A stretch of DNA of 63,061 bases, the filler included, from Octopus bimaculoides (Eukaryota): assembly GCF_001194135.2 (NCBI RefSeq). It is 9 parts of 8 records of this genome, joined end to end, with 100 filler letters (N's around TTAATTAATTAA, not from the genome) between each part and the next. Parts side by side here need not be neighbours in the genome. Positions count along the whole stretch, not along the records: positions 1 to 20,196 come from NC_068983.1; 8 more parts are not named here. One strand, written 5' to 3'. The stretch's first letter is position 1. Each line of letters opens with the position of its first letter. Position numbers and translations under genes: made by a program. Below are positions 1 to 14,095 of the stretch, piece by piece. Under the pieces are notes generated by a model. That model did not search any database, was not told the DNA's origin, and saw nothing but the letters and a program-made list of their open reading frames with translations.

Positions 1-474
1 ATATATATCACATGTGTGTATTTATGTGGTGCATACACATACGTACTATGCACAATATTTCGTTTAACAATATTCCTGACATCGCTAATATTTGCACATG
101 TATTTTACTTACTGAAGTTTTGTGATTATTATACTAAAATATTTCCACTTACATATTTCTCTTTCTTATTTTCAGACCACCATTTTAGTTTTATCCCTTG
201 ATTATTTTATGAATGTATTCTATATATTCTTGTTGCATATAATATAATATGCGTTGATGACTATATTTATATGCCTTTTGTTGAAATCTTGTGTCATTTA
301 TATGCATAATGCACTATATTCTGGTTTTGTGTTGAAATTAAGTTATCATGCAATTAAAATGCGTTGTATTGAAATATCATGTTAAATATTCATATTTCGC
401 TTGTCTTTAATTTTTAAATATCAACTAAATGTGGTTGGAGATAATATAATTTTAATTTTTCTATTTTCCTACAG

Positions 475-609
475 GAAAAATTGGAGACAATAATTGCCAA
501 ACGAAAGAAGATTGTATGGAAGCTGTTGCCAACAGTACATGTGATCAAGGGAAGTGTGTTTGTCTTGAAGGATTTCAACCCAGTGAAGATTTTCAGCATT
601 GCAACTTTC
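475..609 (+). CDS. Internal coding exon, EB/EGF-like six-cysteine module of an extracellular multi-Cys-repeat protein
   Basis: Polypyrimidine acceptor ttttcctacag at 464-474 and donor gtaagt at 610. The 135-bp phase 1-1 exon reads (G)KIGDNNCQTKEDCMEAVANSTCDQGKCVCLEGFQPSEDFQHCNF(R), with C-x5-C-x8-C-x4-C-x-C-x2-G-F-x8-C spacing typical of EB modules. Confidence 0.85.
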
Positions 610-839
610 GTAAGTGTCATAAACCTATATTATTCACTTTTCGCTGTTGTATGTTTGGTGTTATAAAGGCATGTGGCCTGATGCTTATGGCTGTGGGGTT
701 CACGATCGTAAAGCAATGTGTTCGATTCTCGAACCTTGAAGAATAATCGAAAGACATGGTACATGTTGACAGTCAGCAAGTCGTCCGCGATTCCTTACTT
801 TCATAACTTACATTGTCCAAGACAACGAGTTGTTAGAAT

Positions 840-1385
840 TTTCGTTCTGAGTCCAAATACCGCCGAGGTCTATATTGCCCGTCATCATCTCATGGTTGAC
901 AAAATAAGTACCAATTCCACTGCGTCGATGTAATCAAATTAGCCTCTCCTGAAGTTTGTGACCGTTAGTACACCGGACAAAATGCTTAGCAGCATTTCAT
1001 CCGTCTTTACGCTGTGGGTTGAAATTTCACCCAGGTCGACTTTTCCTTTCATCTTTTCGGAGTCGATAAAATAAGTACCATTTGAGAACTGGGGAAGATG
1101 TAACGGACTTACCGCTCCCACAAAATTGCTTGCCATGTGTCAAAATTTGAAATCAATATATTCTTATCTGTAAGGCGGTGAGCATGCAGAATCGTTACAG
1201 CCCCGGACAAAATTCTCAGCGATTTTTCTTCCCATTTTACGTTCTGAGTTCAGATTTCACCGTTGTCGACTTTACTTTTGAGCCTTTCGTGGACGATAAA
1301 ATAATTACTATTTGAGCACTAGAATCGATTTATTCGACTTAACCTTCCCCCGAAATTGCTGGCAATGTGCTAGACCTTGAACCCG
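840..1385 (+). mobile_element. Three tandem decayed copies of tRNA-derived SINE family A
   Basis: Core GTTCTGAGTTCAAAT..GAGGTCGACTTTGCCTTTCATCC..GATAAAATAAGTACCA..GTCGAT recurs at ~840, ~960 and ~1171. Confidence 0.8.
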
Positions 1386-1585
1386 TTATTAGGCGTATGA
1401 AATAATACTATTCATGTAAAGTATCAGTTTAATGAATTGATCCTTTCTCCCAGAAGTCTGATCTTATGCATATATGAGTGATCAATATATTCTTGCTCGC
1501 TGATTGATATCTTATATTAATACTGTTTTAATACAGAATATTCTGGCATTCTGTGTATACATACATACATACATACCTATATATA

Positions 1586-1950
1586 CTCTTTTACTTCTTT
1601 CAGTCATTTGACTGCGGTCATGCCGGAGCACCGCTCTTTAGTCGAGCAAATCGACCCCAGGACTTATTCTTTGTAAGCCTAGTACTTATTCTATCGGTCT
1701 CTTTTGCCGAACCGCTAAGTTACGGTGACGTAAACACACCAGCATCAAGCGATGTTGGCGGGACAAACACACACACATAGATATATATACATTTATACGA
1801 CAGGCTTCTTTCAGTTTCCGTCTACTAAATGCACTCACAAGGTTTTGATCGGCCCGAGGCTATAGTAAAAGACACTTGCCCAAGGTGCCACGCAGTGGGA
1901 CTGAACTCGGAACCATGTGGTTCGTAAGCAAGCTACTTACCACACAGCTA
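1586..1950 (-). mobile_element. SINE family B (CORE-like, internal microsatellite), near full length
   Basis: Reverse complement of GGCTGTGTGGTAAGTAGC..GGCACCTTGGGCAAGTGTC..CAGTCAAATGACTGAAA..GTAA, a sequence found many times in the window. Confidence 0.9.
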
Positions 1951-2458
1951 ATATATATATATAGACGGTTTAGATATAGATTCAATATATATATATATAT
2001 ATATACATACATACATATACATACATATATATATATGCTACTGAAATTACACTCACGCACACTCACACACATACTCATACACACGCACACACACGCACAC
2101 ACTCACACACATATATGGGTTTAATTTCAATTGCCTGCGACATGAAAACCATGCAGGTTTCCCATAGCACACAAATCATGCACAGTTGATATTTCTTCGT
2201 AAGAGCCCTCTGCTGTCTTTCATCCAGTCACACAAGGCCAGGGAATGATGGATAAAAATAATCTGGTTTTGTTCAAAAGTAAGGCCTTGTAAAGTGTGAG
2301 CGTTGTTATTGTGAATGTTTGTAAATTCAATCTGAAAATAACCTTCAGTTTTACCTTGTTGGGTGGTGGAAAGTAAATACTATGACATGAGACAGAGACA
2401 CCATAGGAAATTGATACACCCTACCTAAATACTGAGCAGTGAGTTTTTTTTTGCAACA

Positions 2459-2511
<53 letters not shown>

Positions 2512-2524
2512 NNNNNNNNNNACA

Positions 2525-2559
<35 letters not shown>

Positions 2560-5500
2560 GCACAAACAAATAAGCAAACTTCCGTTGTTTTAGTATTATA
2601 ACTCACTGCCGCTGAAAATACACGTTTACAGAATTATTCGAAAATTCGATACGAACAGTTTTAATAGGTTTCTTGCAAAGAGAACGTTAGAGTTAATTAT
2701 ATTAATAATATTCCACTAATATCCTTACGTTTTGCTTCTGGTGCAGTAAATTATAAAACATGAAACAGCTTTGATGTAATGTATGATGTATATCACTTCA
2801 GTAGTGTTGTGAACTTGATACCTATGTAGATTTATCATAACGCTTATTATTAAAATTAACTTTTTAATATTGTTTTTGCATATTGTTTAGTTATGCAACG
2901 GGTTTCGTTTAATGTAAACTATAGGTTATAGCTACAACACCTCATCAACTTATTTCATATTCTTGTATTAAGATTACTGCTGAATTGAGACACGGCTGGT
3001 AGAGTCGACAGTTTACCTAACAAAGACACACTCTTACAATAGGTTCTTGGTTGGACGAAACAGTTTGGTCGATCAAGCTACAAACAAGATTAACAAAGAG
3101 ATGTTCCTCGTTGTAAAAAGAGGAAATACATTATAAGTGATCTGTTAATTGGCAGTGCTGAGTTTTATTTAAATCATTTCATCATGACTATATACTTGAG
3201 AAAGGACGAGGACGAAGCTGTATTCCAGTTGACTGGTAGACATTACGTGAGAAAGACGTCACGAGAGAAGAGATTATGGGACTTATGATCTCTTAAGAAG
3301 ATAGAGATAAGGAAGAAATATTTCACCTGACTTGATGCATCAGAGTTAATAAAAATATTAAACTCAATGTGTGTGCATAATTATAAATAAACAATAAAAC
3401 ACTAAGTGGAATACAAGTAAAAGACAACCCACCCACTGATCGCTATTTAAGTTCAGAGCACTCACAGTTACTACAAATTTCTACTTCTGGCTTTTATTTT
3501 TGACTCCTAAATTCTTATTCTCATTTAGCACATCAAATCGTTCTTCCTCCAGGCTGTTCAGCAGATCTACCTGGAACTCCTCCGTTATATAAACACTCGT
3601 GAATACCTCATTGTTCCAGTGGACTCCTGTGCATCTAGTTACCTTTAGTTTGCGCTAATTCTTATTCTTCTGTTTCTACTGTTCTTTTTTGCCTCTTACT
3701 ATCATCTTTATCCTACATTTAATCTTCATCAGCACAAGATGTTAGGGTGCTACTATTAAGAGGTGGAGCCCTCAGCGTCCTTGTCATTGATTTCCGACGT
3801 TTAAAATGAATTGATTACTTTCGCCTACCTTAGAGCTGCAATCGAACGTACTCATGAAATTGCAGTTCTAGAGCTTCTGATATGGCTACTGCTTATGCCA
3901 TTGTCTGCCGCTTTCAGTTGGACAGAAAACTTTCAATTGATTCTTGCTGCCGTGTGTGTAACAGTTAGACTCTCTGTCCAGCAACACAAGTCTAATGAAT
4001 TTACTTTCTGTAGTAACGATAAGGTACAGCTCCGGGATGGTTCTGTGACTTTCGAAGGTCATCAGGTCTACTCGCCATACCAGCCCGCAAAAGTGATGAT
4101 AGACCAAGGATCAACATCCAAACTAATGTCCCTAACTGTGACCCTTGTATTCTACTGCTTGTATATTTTGATACAACATGTGAACAGATGAATCGTGCGC
4201 ACTTTCATATACTCGTATCCGATCGATAGAAACGATATCGCTTCAAACATCGGTCAAGGCTTCTTTTAACGATTCTTCTCGTGTACAAATGAAACGTCCA
4301 CCTCTATTTTTTTGGTGAGACAATGGTTATGTTTCCTTGTTTCCTTTCATTTCTTCAATGAATTACAAAGGGAAGGAGACACCGTTCTTCGCTTTTCCAG
4401 TTCTAAATCAAACATTTGCGTTTGGCTTACGACACTGGCTAAAATGTTGCCATTGTCATTACCGTTTTAAACAATTTGAATTGTCCTCCATTGTGCATAA
4501 ATTCGTTTTCTTTTTGTGTGATGTTCCCTGATGCTTGTAGGTAAAAGTATTGGGATCTATATGTAAATCTCAATGGTACCATAACTGTAGCGACACCTCT
4601 TACTGATCCTTTATAGAAAGAAGCCCTCTTTTCGAAATATAAAATGTAACATATATAAAAAAAAAAAAACGTCAGAATGTCCAAATACAAAGCACATTTT
4701 GCTCTCTTCAAGGTAAACTGTGTGAACACAGAAATTTACCAAAGCCTTCCCCCCCCCCACAAAGTAAATCATAGTATAATCTAATTTCTTCAGACGATAG
4801 ACATGTTTGACAAATAACAACAACAACAACGACGACAAACAATATATAGCAATTATGATAAGTTACGAAGGTATTTTACCAATATATTTTGTACGGTATT
4901 AAGTTGCTTCTCCTGCTTAACGCTCTGAGTTCAAATCCTAACAAGGTAAACTTTGCTTTACATCCTACTGAGGTTGATAAAATAAGTATAAGACAAGAAC
5001 TTGAGTCGATGTTTAATCAACTGTTCTCCTCCCATTCAAATACAATTTGGGTTTATGACAATATCAGAGATTCTTATTTACAGTGAATCGAAGATGACCA
5101 AAGCAGTCAAAACATAATTAAATGATACCAGAGAGCGGATAAAGAAATCTCTCTGCGGGGTGATTGAAATCTTAGAAAGTATACCCTAAAGTCTGAACAA
5201 TAAAATGTCCATTGTATAATATGGACTTAGATATACAAGTCGGGAAAGGTACAACTGGATTACTTTTCATCATCATAACCCTACTTGATCAGAGCCAATC
5301 TATGGTTAAATAACACCAGCAAAATTCTAGTTTTCCTTGGCGCTTGGTGAGTCCTTATTGAGCAGACCTGCGATTGAAGATCTTCTAACAATGACCATCC
5401 CGTCTTTTACCTAAAATTATTATGCCTAGGATGTATCATCCGATGTGTCCTTCCTTTTAAACGGATTCGAAAGATTTAGCTGCTATCTCTAGTAGTTCAA

Positions 5501-5631
5501 ATGCCTATGGAGACGTTCCCTCGTTCTTTGTTCTTTGTTGTGAATTCAGCACTTGGCAATGATTTAACGTATTTATTTCTTAAGATCATCTGCCTTTCTC
5601 CACTCCGCTTGGAATGTTCAGTATCTATCTT

Positions 5632-5664
<33 letters not shown>

Positions 5665-6179
5665 ACATAGACACACACACACCCTCACTCACTCACACAC
5701 ACATACATACATATCCATATATATATATATAAATGGTTTTACCGATAAAGGTTTTTTCATACTGAACTACTTGGCAAAATTGTTAATTATTAATTCTATT
5801 ATTAATTGACGATTCCCTGCCCTTATTCTTGTATATATATATATATATATATATATATNNNNNNNNNNNNNNNNNNNNNNNNNNNNNNNNNNNNNNNNNN
5901 NNNNNNNNNNNNNNNNNNNNNNNNNNNNNNNNNNNNNNNNNNNNNNNNNNNNNNNNNNNNNNNNNNNNNNNNNNNNNNNNNNNNNNNNNNNNNNNNNNNN
6001 NNNNNNNNNNNNNNNNNNNNNNNNNNNNNNNNNNNNNNNNNNNNNNNNNNNNNNNNNNNNNNNNNNNNNNNNNNNNNNNNNNNNNNNNNNNNNNNNNNNN
6101 NNNNNNNNNNNNNNNNNNNNNNNNNNNNNNNNNNNNNNNNNNNNNNNNNNNNNNNNNNNNNNNNNNNNNNNNNNNNNNN

Positions 6180-6236
<57 letters not shown>

Positions 6237-6947
6237 TGTATATATATCTGTATCTTTTCTCAACCTCTGTTCTCTCATACCGACTCCTGCCCTCTTCATC
6301 TCTCTTTCTCAGTATCGCTCAATGCCTCGTTCTGCACTTTGCCACTACTATTCCCTATTCACATATTTGCGGTTGGTTGTTTCATGCTGTCTGAGTCTAA
6401 GAATTTATTGTATTCTCATTTTTTCGATAACCGTTTCCTGATGGTCTCGCCCTACCATACCACCACCACCACCACCACCACCACAACAACAACAACAACA
6501 AGCGCCACCATCATCACCACAACCACCACGACTACCATCACCGCACATGTAACATATCTTATGCTGACATGCATAATTGTCCCTCTAGTCATGATAAACT
6601 AATCATATAATAGGAAATAGAATTGGTTATTTTTATAAAGAGTAACTTCTGGGAAACTTAAGCTTTCCGGGCGACTTGAGCTTTGTGAATGAAATTTTGG
6701 ATTTAGAAATTGCGTTGAAGACCATCAAAGATATCTCTCCTATTTTCAGCTGATAGAATTAATTTGGGCACTTTTAGTGTACTTCACCGGTGCATGCATT
6801 CAGAGTAAGTTTCAGGTCTTTGGATAACATCTCTTTCTCCAACCAGTCTTGAACACCCTTTGAAAGGTCAAGGGCTCTAACCCTTTCTCCTCAAAATTCA
6901 AATAAATAAATAAATAAAAACAAATACGAAGGGCATGGCGAAAGGCA

Positions 6948-7114
6948 CAGGTATGGCTGTGTGGTTAAGAAGCACGTCTCGCAACCACGTGGTTTCGAAT
7001 TCAGTCCCACTGCACGGCATCTTGGGCAAGTGTTTTCAACTATAGCCCCGAGCGCCAACTGATGGTTTGAGAATGAATTTGGTAGGGGAAACTGTGAAAG
7101 CCCATCGGATACAA

Positions 7115-7175
<61 letters not shown>

Positions 7176-7325
7176 NNNNNNNNNNNNNNNNNNNNNNNNN
7201 NNNNNNNNNNNNNNNNNNNNNNNNNNNNNNNNNNNNNNNNNNNNNNNNNNNNNNNNNNNNNNNNNNNNNNNNNNNNNNNNNNNNNNNNNNNNNNNNNNNN
7301 NNNNNNNNNNNNNNNNNNNNNNNNN

Positions 7326-7382
<57 letters not shown>

Positions 7383-7680
7383 CGTATATATGTGTGAGTG
7401 TGTGTGTGTATGTATGCATGCACGTATGTATGTATGTACATATATATATATATGCATATATATATATGTACTTGTACATCAATGTATATACAACCACCGC
7501 TTGAAAAACGGTACTGGTTTGTTTACTTTCTGGTCAATTAGTGACTCGACAATAGAGACCGATAGATTAAGTATCAGTCTTAAAGGAAAAGAGAAACAAG
7601 AAAAGTAACATCAGTACTGAGGTCAATTTGCTCGACTAAAACCCTTCAATGCAGTGCCCCAGCATGACCGCCTTCTAATG
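6948..7680 (+). mobile_element. SINE family B copy split by expanded (CA)n/(TA)n and a gap
   Basis: 5' head at 6948-7110 and 3' tail at 7495-7680 match family B. Confidence 0.75.
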
Positions 7681-8403
7681 ACAAAAGCCGCATGTTTCTA
7701 CGTTAACATTGTACCCAAGGATCTTTCACAAGTCATTGATTGCGTTCTACGGCAGGAAGACTTACCACTTCAAAATTGGTAACAGCCATTTTTAATTTAC
7801 GCACAGGGACGGCAATTTCTGAGGGCAGAGTGTCAGTCGATTGCATCTACGACTCCAGTGTTTGACTTGTACTATATTCTATCAACGCTGAAAGAATAAA
7901 AGACAAAAGTTGACGCTTGTAGGATTTGAAAACAGAACGTTAAAATCCGGGTAGAATGGCGCGAAACATATTTTCCTAAATCTTTAACAATTCTACCAAT
8001 GCAGTGCCCTTACTTCGTAGAGAAAAAAATGATAGAAGAGAAGCATAACAGAATGATTTACTGAAAGTAATGTAACTCAATAAAATAATGTAATGCACAT
8101 GCAATAAGAGAAACGGAAGCTTAAAAAAAATATAAAGCAAAACAAAAACGAATATATTATTAACTGAATACGAATCGTATAGAGGAACTTGACAACAGCC
8201 GTTTTTACTGCAATTCTATTTATAAGACACAGAACGATTATTGTCGATATGAAAATAAATCATAAGACGCAGACATGTCAGTGTGGTTAAAAAGTTTGCT
8301 TCGCGACTGTCTTGTAAGTGAATTCGATGGTTGGAGACGATGCGGAAGCCCGTTATGTGTGTGTTTGTTTTGTGTATGTGTGTGTGTCCTTGTGTGTGTG
8401 TGT

Positions 8404-8449
<46 letters not shown>

Positions 8450-9384
8450 NNNNNNNNNNNNNNNNNNNNNNNNNNNNNNNNNNNNNNNNNNNNNNNNNNN
8501 NNNNNNNNNNNNNNNNNNNNNNNNNNNNNNNNNNNNNNNNNNNNNNNNNNNNNNNNNNNNNNNNNNNNNNNNNNNNNNNNNNNNNNNNNNNNNNNNNNNN
8601 NNNNNNNNNNNNNNNNNNNNNNNNNNNNNNNNNNNNNNNNNNNNNNNNNNNNNNNNNNNNNNNNNNNNNNNNNNNNNNNNNNNNNNNNNNNNNNNNNNNN
8701 NNNNNNNNNNNNNNNNNNNNNNNNNNNNNNNNNNNNNNNNNNNNNNNNNNNNNNNNNNNNNNNNNNNNNNNNNNNNNNNNNNNNNNNNNNNNNNNNNNNN
8801 NNNNNNNNNNNNNNNNNNNNNNNNNNNNNNNNNNNNNNNNNNNNNNNNNNNNNNNNNNNNNNNNNNNNNNNNNNNNNNNNNNNNNNNNNNNNNNNNNNNN
8901 NNNNNNNNNNNNNNNNNNNNNNNNNNNNNNNNNNNNNNNNNNNNNNNNNNNNNNNNNNNNNNNNNNNNNNNNNNNNNNNNNNNNNNNNNNNNNNNNNNNN
9001 NNNNNNNNNNNNNNNNNNNNNNNNNNNNNNNNNNNNNNNNNNNNNNNNNNNNNNNNNNNNNNNNNNNNNNNNNNNNNNNNNNNNNNNNNNNNNNNNNNNN
9101 NNNNNNNNNNNNNNNNNNNNNNNNNNNNNNNNNNNNNNNNNNNNNNNNNNNNNNNNNNNNNNNNNNNNNNNNNNNNNNNNNNNNNNNNNNNNNNNNNNNN
9201 NNNNNNNNNNNNNNNNNNNNNNNNNNNNNNNNNNNNNNNNNNNNNNNNNNNNNNNNNNNNNNNNNNNNNNNNNNNNNNNNNNNNNNNNNNNNNNNNNNNN
9301 NNNNNNNNNNNNNNNNNNNNNNNNNNNNNNNNNNNNNNNNNNNNTATATATATATATATATATATGTATACATATATATATGTA

Positions 9385-10520
9385 CGAGGGGTGTATGAAA
9401 AGTCTTGAGCCTCAAAAAAAAACCAAAAAAAACATGTTACAAGACTTCTGATGATTTATTTTTCAACATAGTCCCCCTCGACGACTGAACACTTTTTCCA
9501 GCATTGCTGAAGCGCCATTATCCCGGCGTAGAACTCTTTTGGTTGAGACTCCAAGAAACTTCTTACAGCGTCTATGACGTCATTGTCACTGGCAAAATGG
9601 CGACCAGCCAGGGCTTTTTTCAATTTTGGAAATAGATGAAAGTCAGAGGGGTCTAAGTCTGGCGAATAAGGCGGATGGGGAACAAGGTCGTATCCACAAT
9701 CACAAATTATTGCCATGGAAACCACTGAGGTGTGGGCTGGAGCATTGTCGTGATCGAAAAGGACTCTGAGAGCATTACTGGCCGTTTTTCTTTGATTGCT
9801 TCTCGGAGGTGTTTCAGTAGCTGACAATAATAGAGCCCTGTCATGGTGTAACCCTTTTCAAGGTAATCGACCAGCAAGACACCTTGAGAATCCCCCAAAA
9901 CGGACGCCATGACCTTGCCAGCTGAAAGAATGAGCCTGGCCTTCTTTGTGGGGTAGGAAAAGATGTGTGCTTCCACTGCTTTGATTGTTCTTTGGTTTCA
10001 GGCTGGTAATGATGAACCCAACTTTCGTCCACAGTAATGAAACGAGCAAAAAAATTCTCTTCATCGGCTTCAATCAGTTCCAGATTGCTCGTGGACAAAG
10101 TGCACCTAGTGCGTTTCTGTTCAGGAGTCAAAAGGCGAGGGACCCACCTTGCAGAAATGTTTGAGAACCCAAGTTCTTTTGTCACGATGTTGTCTGCTCT
10201 TTCAGTTGAGATGCTCAGTCTCTCGGCTATCTGACGACATGATATTCGGCGATATTGCATTATCATAACAAGAGCAAAGTCAAGGCTGTCCCTGGTGGTT
10301 GCAGTTGGAGGTCTCCTTAGTCTGGGATCATCTTCCACACTCTCCCTGCCACACTGGAATTCATTTACTCAGCGTTTGACTGTTGCATATGAAGGAGCAT
10401 TGTCGTTAAGGTTCTCACCACATCTTCATGGATTTCTGATGGAGTTATGCCTTTCAAATGAAGGTACTTTATGACAGCACGATACTCAGTTTTCTCCATT
10501 TTCCATGTAATCTCGACACT
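9385..10520 (-). mobile_element. Mariner DNA transposon (irritans-like), one TIR visible
   Basis: TA followed by TIR-like CGAGGGGTGTATGAAAAGTCTT at 9383-9406, with a transposase relic inside. The other TIR was not found. Confidence 0.9.
9456..10499 (-). pseudogene. Mariner transposase pseudogene (D,D34D) with frameshifts and a stop
   Basis: MEKTEYRAVIKYLHLKG N-terminus from the ATG at 10499, then ARWVPRLL, ITVDESWVHHY, HDNAPAH and HPPYSPDLDPSD, with 34 residues between the last two catalytic Asp. The frame is split over three ORFs. Confidence 0.95.
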
Positions 10521-11253
10521 TGTTTATTCAAAAATCTGAAATAAAGAAAAAAAAATTAAAATATCAGAATCATGAACATGAGCAAGAATACTCCGAAAAG
10601 ACTGTACTTACCAGAAAAAATTGTTCCAGTTATATAGCAGCCCCTTTTCTAGGTTAGGCTCNNNNNNNNNNNNNNNNNNNNNNNNNNNNNNNNNNNNNNN
10701 NNNNNNNNNNNNNNNNNNNNNNNNNNNNNNNNNNNNNNNNNNNNNNNNNNNNNNNNNNNNNNNNNNNNNNNNNNNNNNNNNNNNNNNNNNNNNNNNNNNN
10801 NNNNNNNNNNNNNNNNNNNNNNNNNNNNNNNNNNNNNNNNNNNNNNNNNNNNNNNNNNNNNNNNNNNNNNNNNNNNNNNNNNNNNNNNNNNNNNNNNNNN
10901 NNNNNNNNNNNNNNNNNNNNNNNNNNNNNNNNNNNNNNNNNNNNNNNNNNNNNNNNNNNNNNNNNNNNNNNNNNNNNNNNNNNNNNNNNNNNNNNNNNNN
11001 NNNNNNNNNNNNNNNNNNNNNNNNNNNNNNNNNNNNNNNNNNNNNNNNNNNNNNNNNNNNNNNNNNNNNNNNNNNNNNNNNNNNNNNNNNNNNNNNNNNN
11101 NNNNNNNNNNNNNNNNNNNNNNNNNNNNNNNNNNNNNNNNNNNNNNNNNNNNNNNNNNNNNNNNNNNNNNNNNNNNNNNNNNNNNNNNNNNNNNNNNNNN
11201 NNNNNNNNNNNNNNNNNNNNNNNNNNNNNNNNNNNNNNNNNNNNNNNNNNNNN

Positions 11254-11601
11254 ACTCGCGGTCATAGGATCGCGGTTTCGATTCCCAGACCGAGCGTTGT
11301 AAGTGTTTATTGAGCGTAAACACCTAAAGCTCCACGAGGCTCCGGCAGGGGATGGTGGCGAACCATGCTGTACTCTTTCACCACAACTTTCTCTCACTCT
11401 TACTTCCTGTTTCTGTTGTGCCTGTAATTCAAAGGGTCAGCCTTATCACACTGTATCACGCTGAATATCCCTGAGAACTGCGTTAAGGGTACACGTGTCT
11501 GTGGAGTGCTCAGCCACTTATACGTTAATTTCATGAGCAGGCTGTTCCGTTGATCGGATCAACTGGAATCCTCGACGTCGTAAGCGACGGAGTGCCAACA
11601 A
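11254..11601 (+). mobile_element. tRNA-derived SINE family C (5' end in gap)
   Basis: B-box GGTTTCGATTCC and close similarity to the full-length copy at 33671-34063. Confidence 0.9.
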
Positions 11602-11776
11602 TGTGGGAAGACAGAATAAAGGGGCTTTTCTTAGTTTATCTCTCCGAAAAAATAGCTCCTTTTGCTGTTGAATAAGATAAACTCGCAGAGGGGAAGTTTC
11701 AACGTCTTCCTTCGATTTCCTTACACCATTTATGTGGCTGTTTCTGACAAGAAATTTGGCTTTCATGTAAAACAAC

Positions 11777-12251
11777 TATTACCGGCCACCATGAATTAAT
11801 TGTGACTAGTTTTCCTCTGACTCTTTTTCCTAGCCAAAATAGTGACTTTATTATTGTGACTTTATTACTGTGACTTTATTACCGGTCACCGAAGGGGTTT
11901 ATGAGTAGCACGGCAATCTATGTTTCCGATTAACCTAGGAACAGAAAATGAAAATGAAGATTGGTTATTAGTCATTATCCGCAATCTACTCCCAAAATAC
12001 TTCAGTAACTCTACTTTGCATCGCTTGCAAACTTATATGTTCTATGATTATTAAAGTGCAACGACCTTCACAATAATCAGCCTTCAATTTCATTTTCCGT
12101 TCCTAGGTTAATCGGAAACATAGATCGCCGTGCTACTCATAAACCCAATTCAGTGACCGGTAATAAAGTCACAGTAATAAAGTCACTATTTTGGCTAGGA
12201 AAAAAAGTCATAGGAAGACAAGTTACAATTGATTCATGCTGGTCGGTAATA
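11777..12251. mobile_element. Foldback/MITE with ~185-bp inverted arms and GTGACTTTATTAC subrepeats
   Basis: 11777-11969 is the reverse complement of 12072-12251, with a ~100-bp spacer. Confidence 0.85.
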
Positions 12252-12285
12252 AAGTCACATGAAAAAGTCACAATTTATGGGATCT

Positions 12286-12350
12286 GGACAAAAAACCCTT
12301 AGGACAAAACTCCCTCGGACAACCCTGCCCCGGACAAAACCCCTGTGACT
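12286..12350 (+). repeat. Tandem GGACAAAA-CCCC motifs resembling subterminal repeats of Mutator-like foldback elements
   Basis: Four degenerate GGACAA(A)ACCC units. The family assignment is from recall only. Confidence 0.4.
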
Positions 12351-13618
12351 TTTTTTTACATGGATTCAAAATTTCTAGGTAGTTCAATTATTTGGTGAAA
12401 AAAATACCAGCAAAACAACTTAAACCGTCCAAAGGAGGGGTGCGTTTGCTAGTATATATATATATANNNNNNNNNNNNNNNNNNNNNNNNNNNNNNNNNN
12501 NNNNNNNNNNNNNNNNNNNNNNNNNNNNNNNNNNNNNNNNNNNNNNNNNNNNNNNNNNNNNNNNNNNNNNNNNNNNNNNNNNNNNNNNNNNNNNNNNNNN
12601 NNNNNNNNNNNNNNNNNNNNNNNNNNNNNNNNNNNNNNNNNNNNNNNNNNNNNNNNNNNNNNNNNNNNNNNNNNNNNNNNNNNNNNNNNNNNNNNNNNNN
12701 NNNNNNNNNNNNNNNNNNNNNNNNNNNNNNNNNNNNNNNNNNNNNNNNNNNNNNNNNNNNNNNNNNNNNNNNNNNNNNNNNNNNNNNNNNNNNNNNNNNN
12801 NNNNNNNNNNNNNNNNNNNNNNNNNNNNNNNNNNNNNNNNNNNNNNNNNNNNNNNNNNNNNNNNNNNNNNNNNNNNNNNNNNNNNNNNNNNNNNNNNNNN
12901 NNNNNNNNNNNNNNNNNNNNNNNNNNNNNNNNNNNNNNNNNNNNNNNNNNNNNNNNNNNNNNNNNNNNNNNNNNNNNNNNNNNNNNNNNNNNNNNNNNNN
13001 NNNNNNNNNNNNNNNNNNNNNNNNNNNNNNNNNNNNNNNNNNNNNNNNNNNNNNNNNNNNNNNNNNNNNNNNNNNNNNNNNNNNNNNNNNNNNNNNNNNN
13101 NNNNNNNNNNNNNNNNNNNNNNNNNNNNNNNNNNNNNNNNNNNNNNNNNNNNNNNNNNNNNNNNNNNNNNNNNNNNNNNAAATTTAATCAGATTTTTTTT
13201 TTCAAAAGATATTTATTCAATTTCATTAGGCTAAGTAAATATAAGAAAATGAAGTGGAATATAATTACTACTCGAAAGGAAGCACCGCAAAAAAAAAAAA
13301 AAGAGAAAGAAAATTAAAGGAAAAAGAAACAGAAAACATTTGGGTAATATTTGTGGGGTTTTCTGTACTTATCTTGTACCCAAGAATAAATCTCAAGTGG
13401 CCGGCACGTGCCAAAACTGCCTATGAATTCCTTTCCGATGAGAGAGATAGAAATATACTGCTTATAGAAAACTGGTAAAAGAATCTTTCTTTTTGGAAAC
13501 TGGAAAAAAAAAAGAAGAGAAAGCACCGATCATTATCAGCTTATCATATATGAATGGTAGGGAAAAGGTGTGTGGTTATTTATCGTTTCCACCAAAAACG
13601 ACAAGAATAACAAGACCA

Positions 13619-14095
<477 letters not shown>

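Noticed and set aside
4050-4065. CTGATGA-CCTTC-GAAA on the minus strand
   Set aside because: No pairable stem II or stem I, so it is a chance hammerhead-like core.
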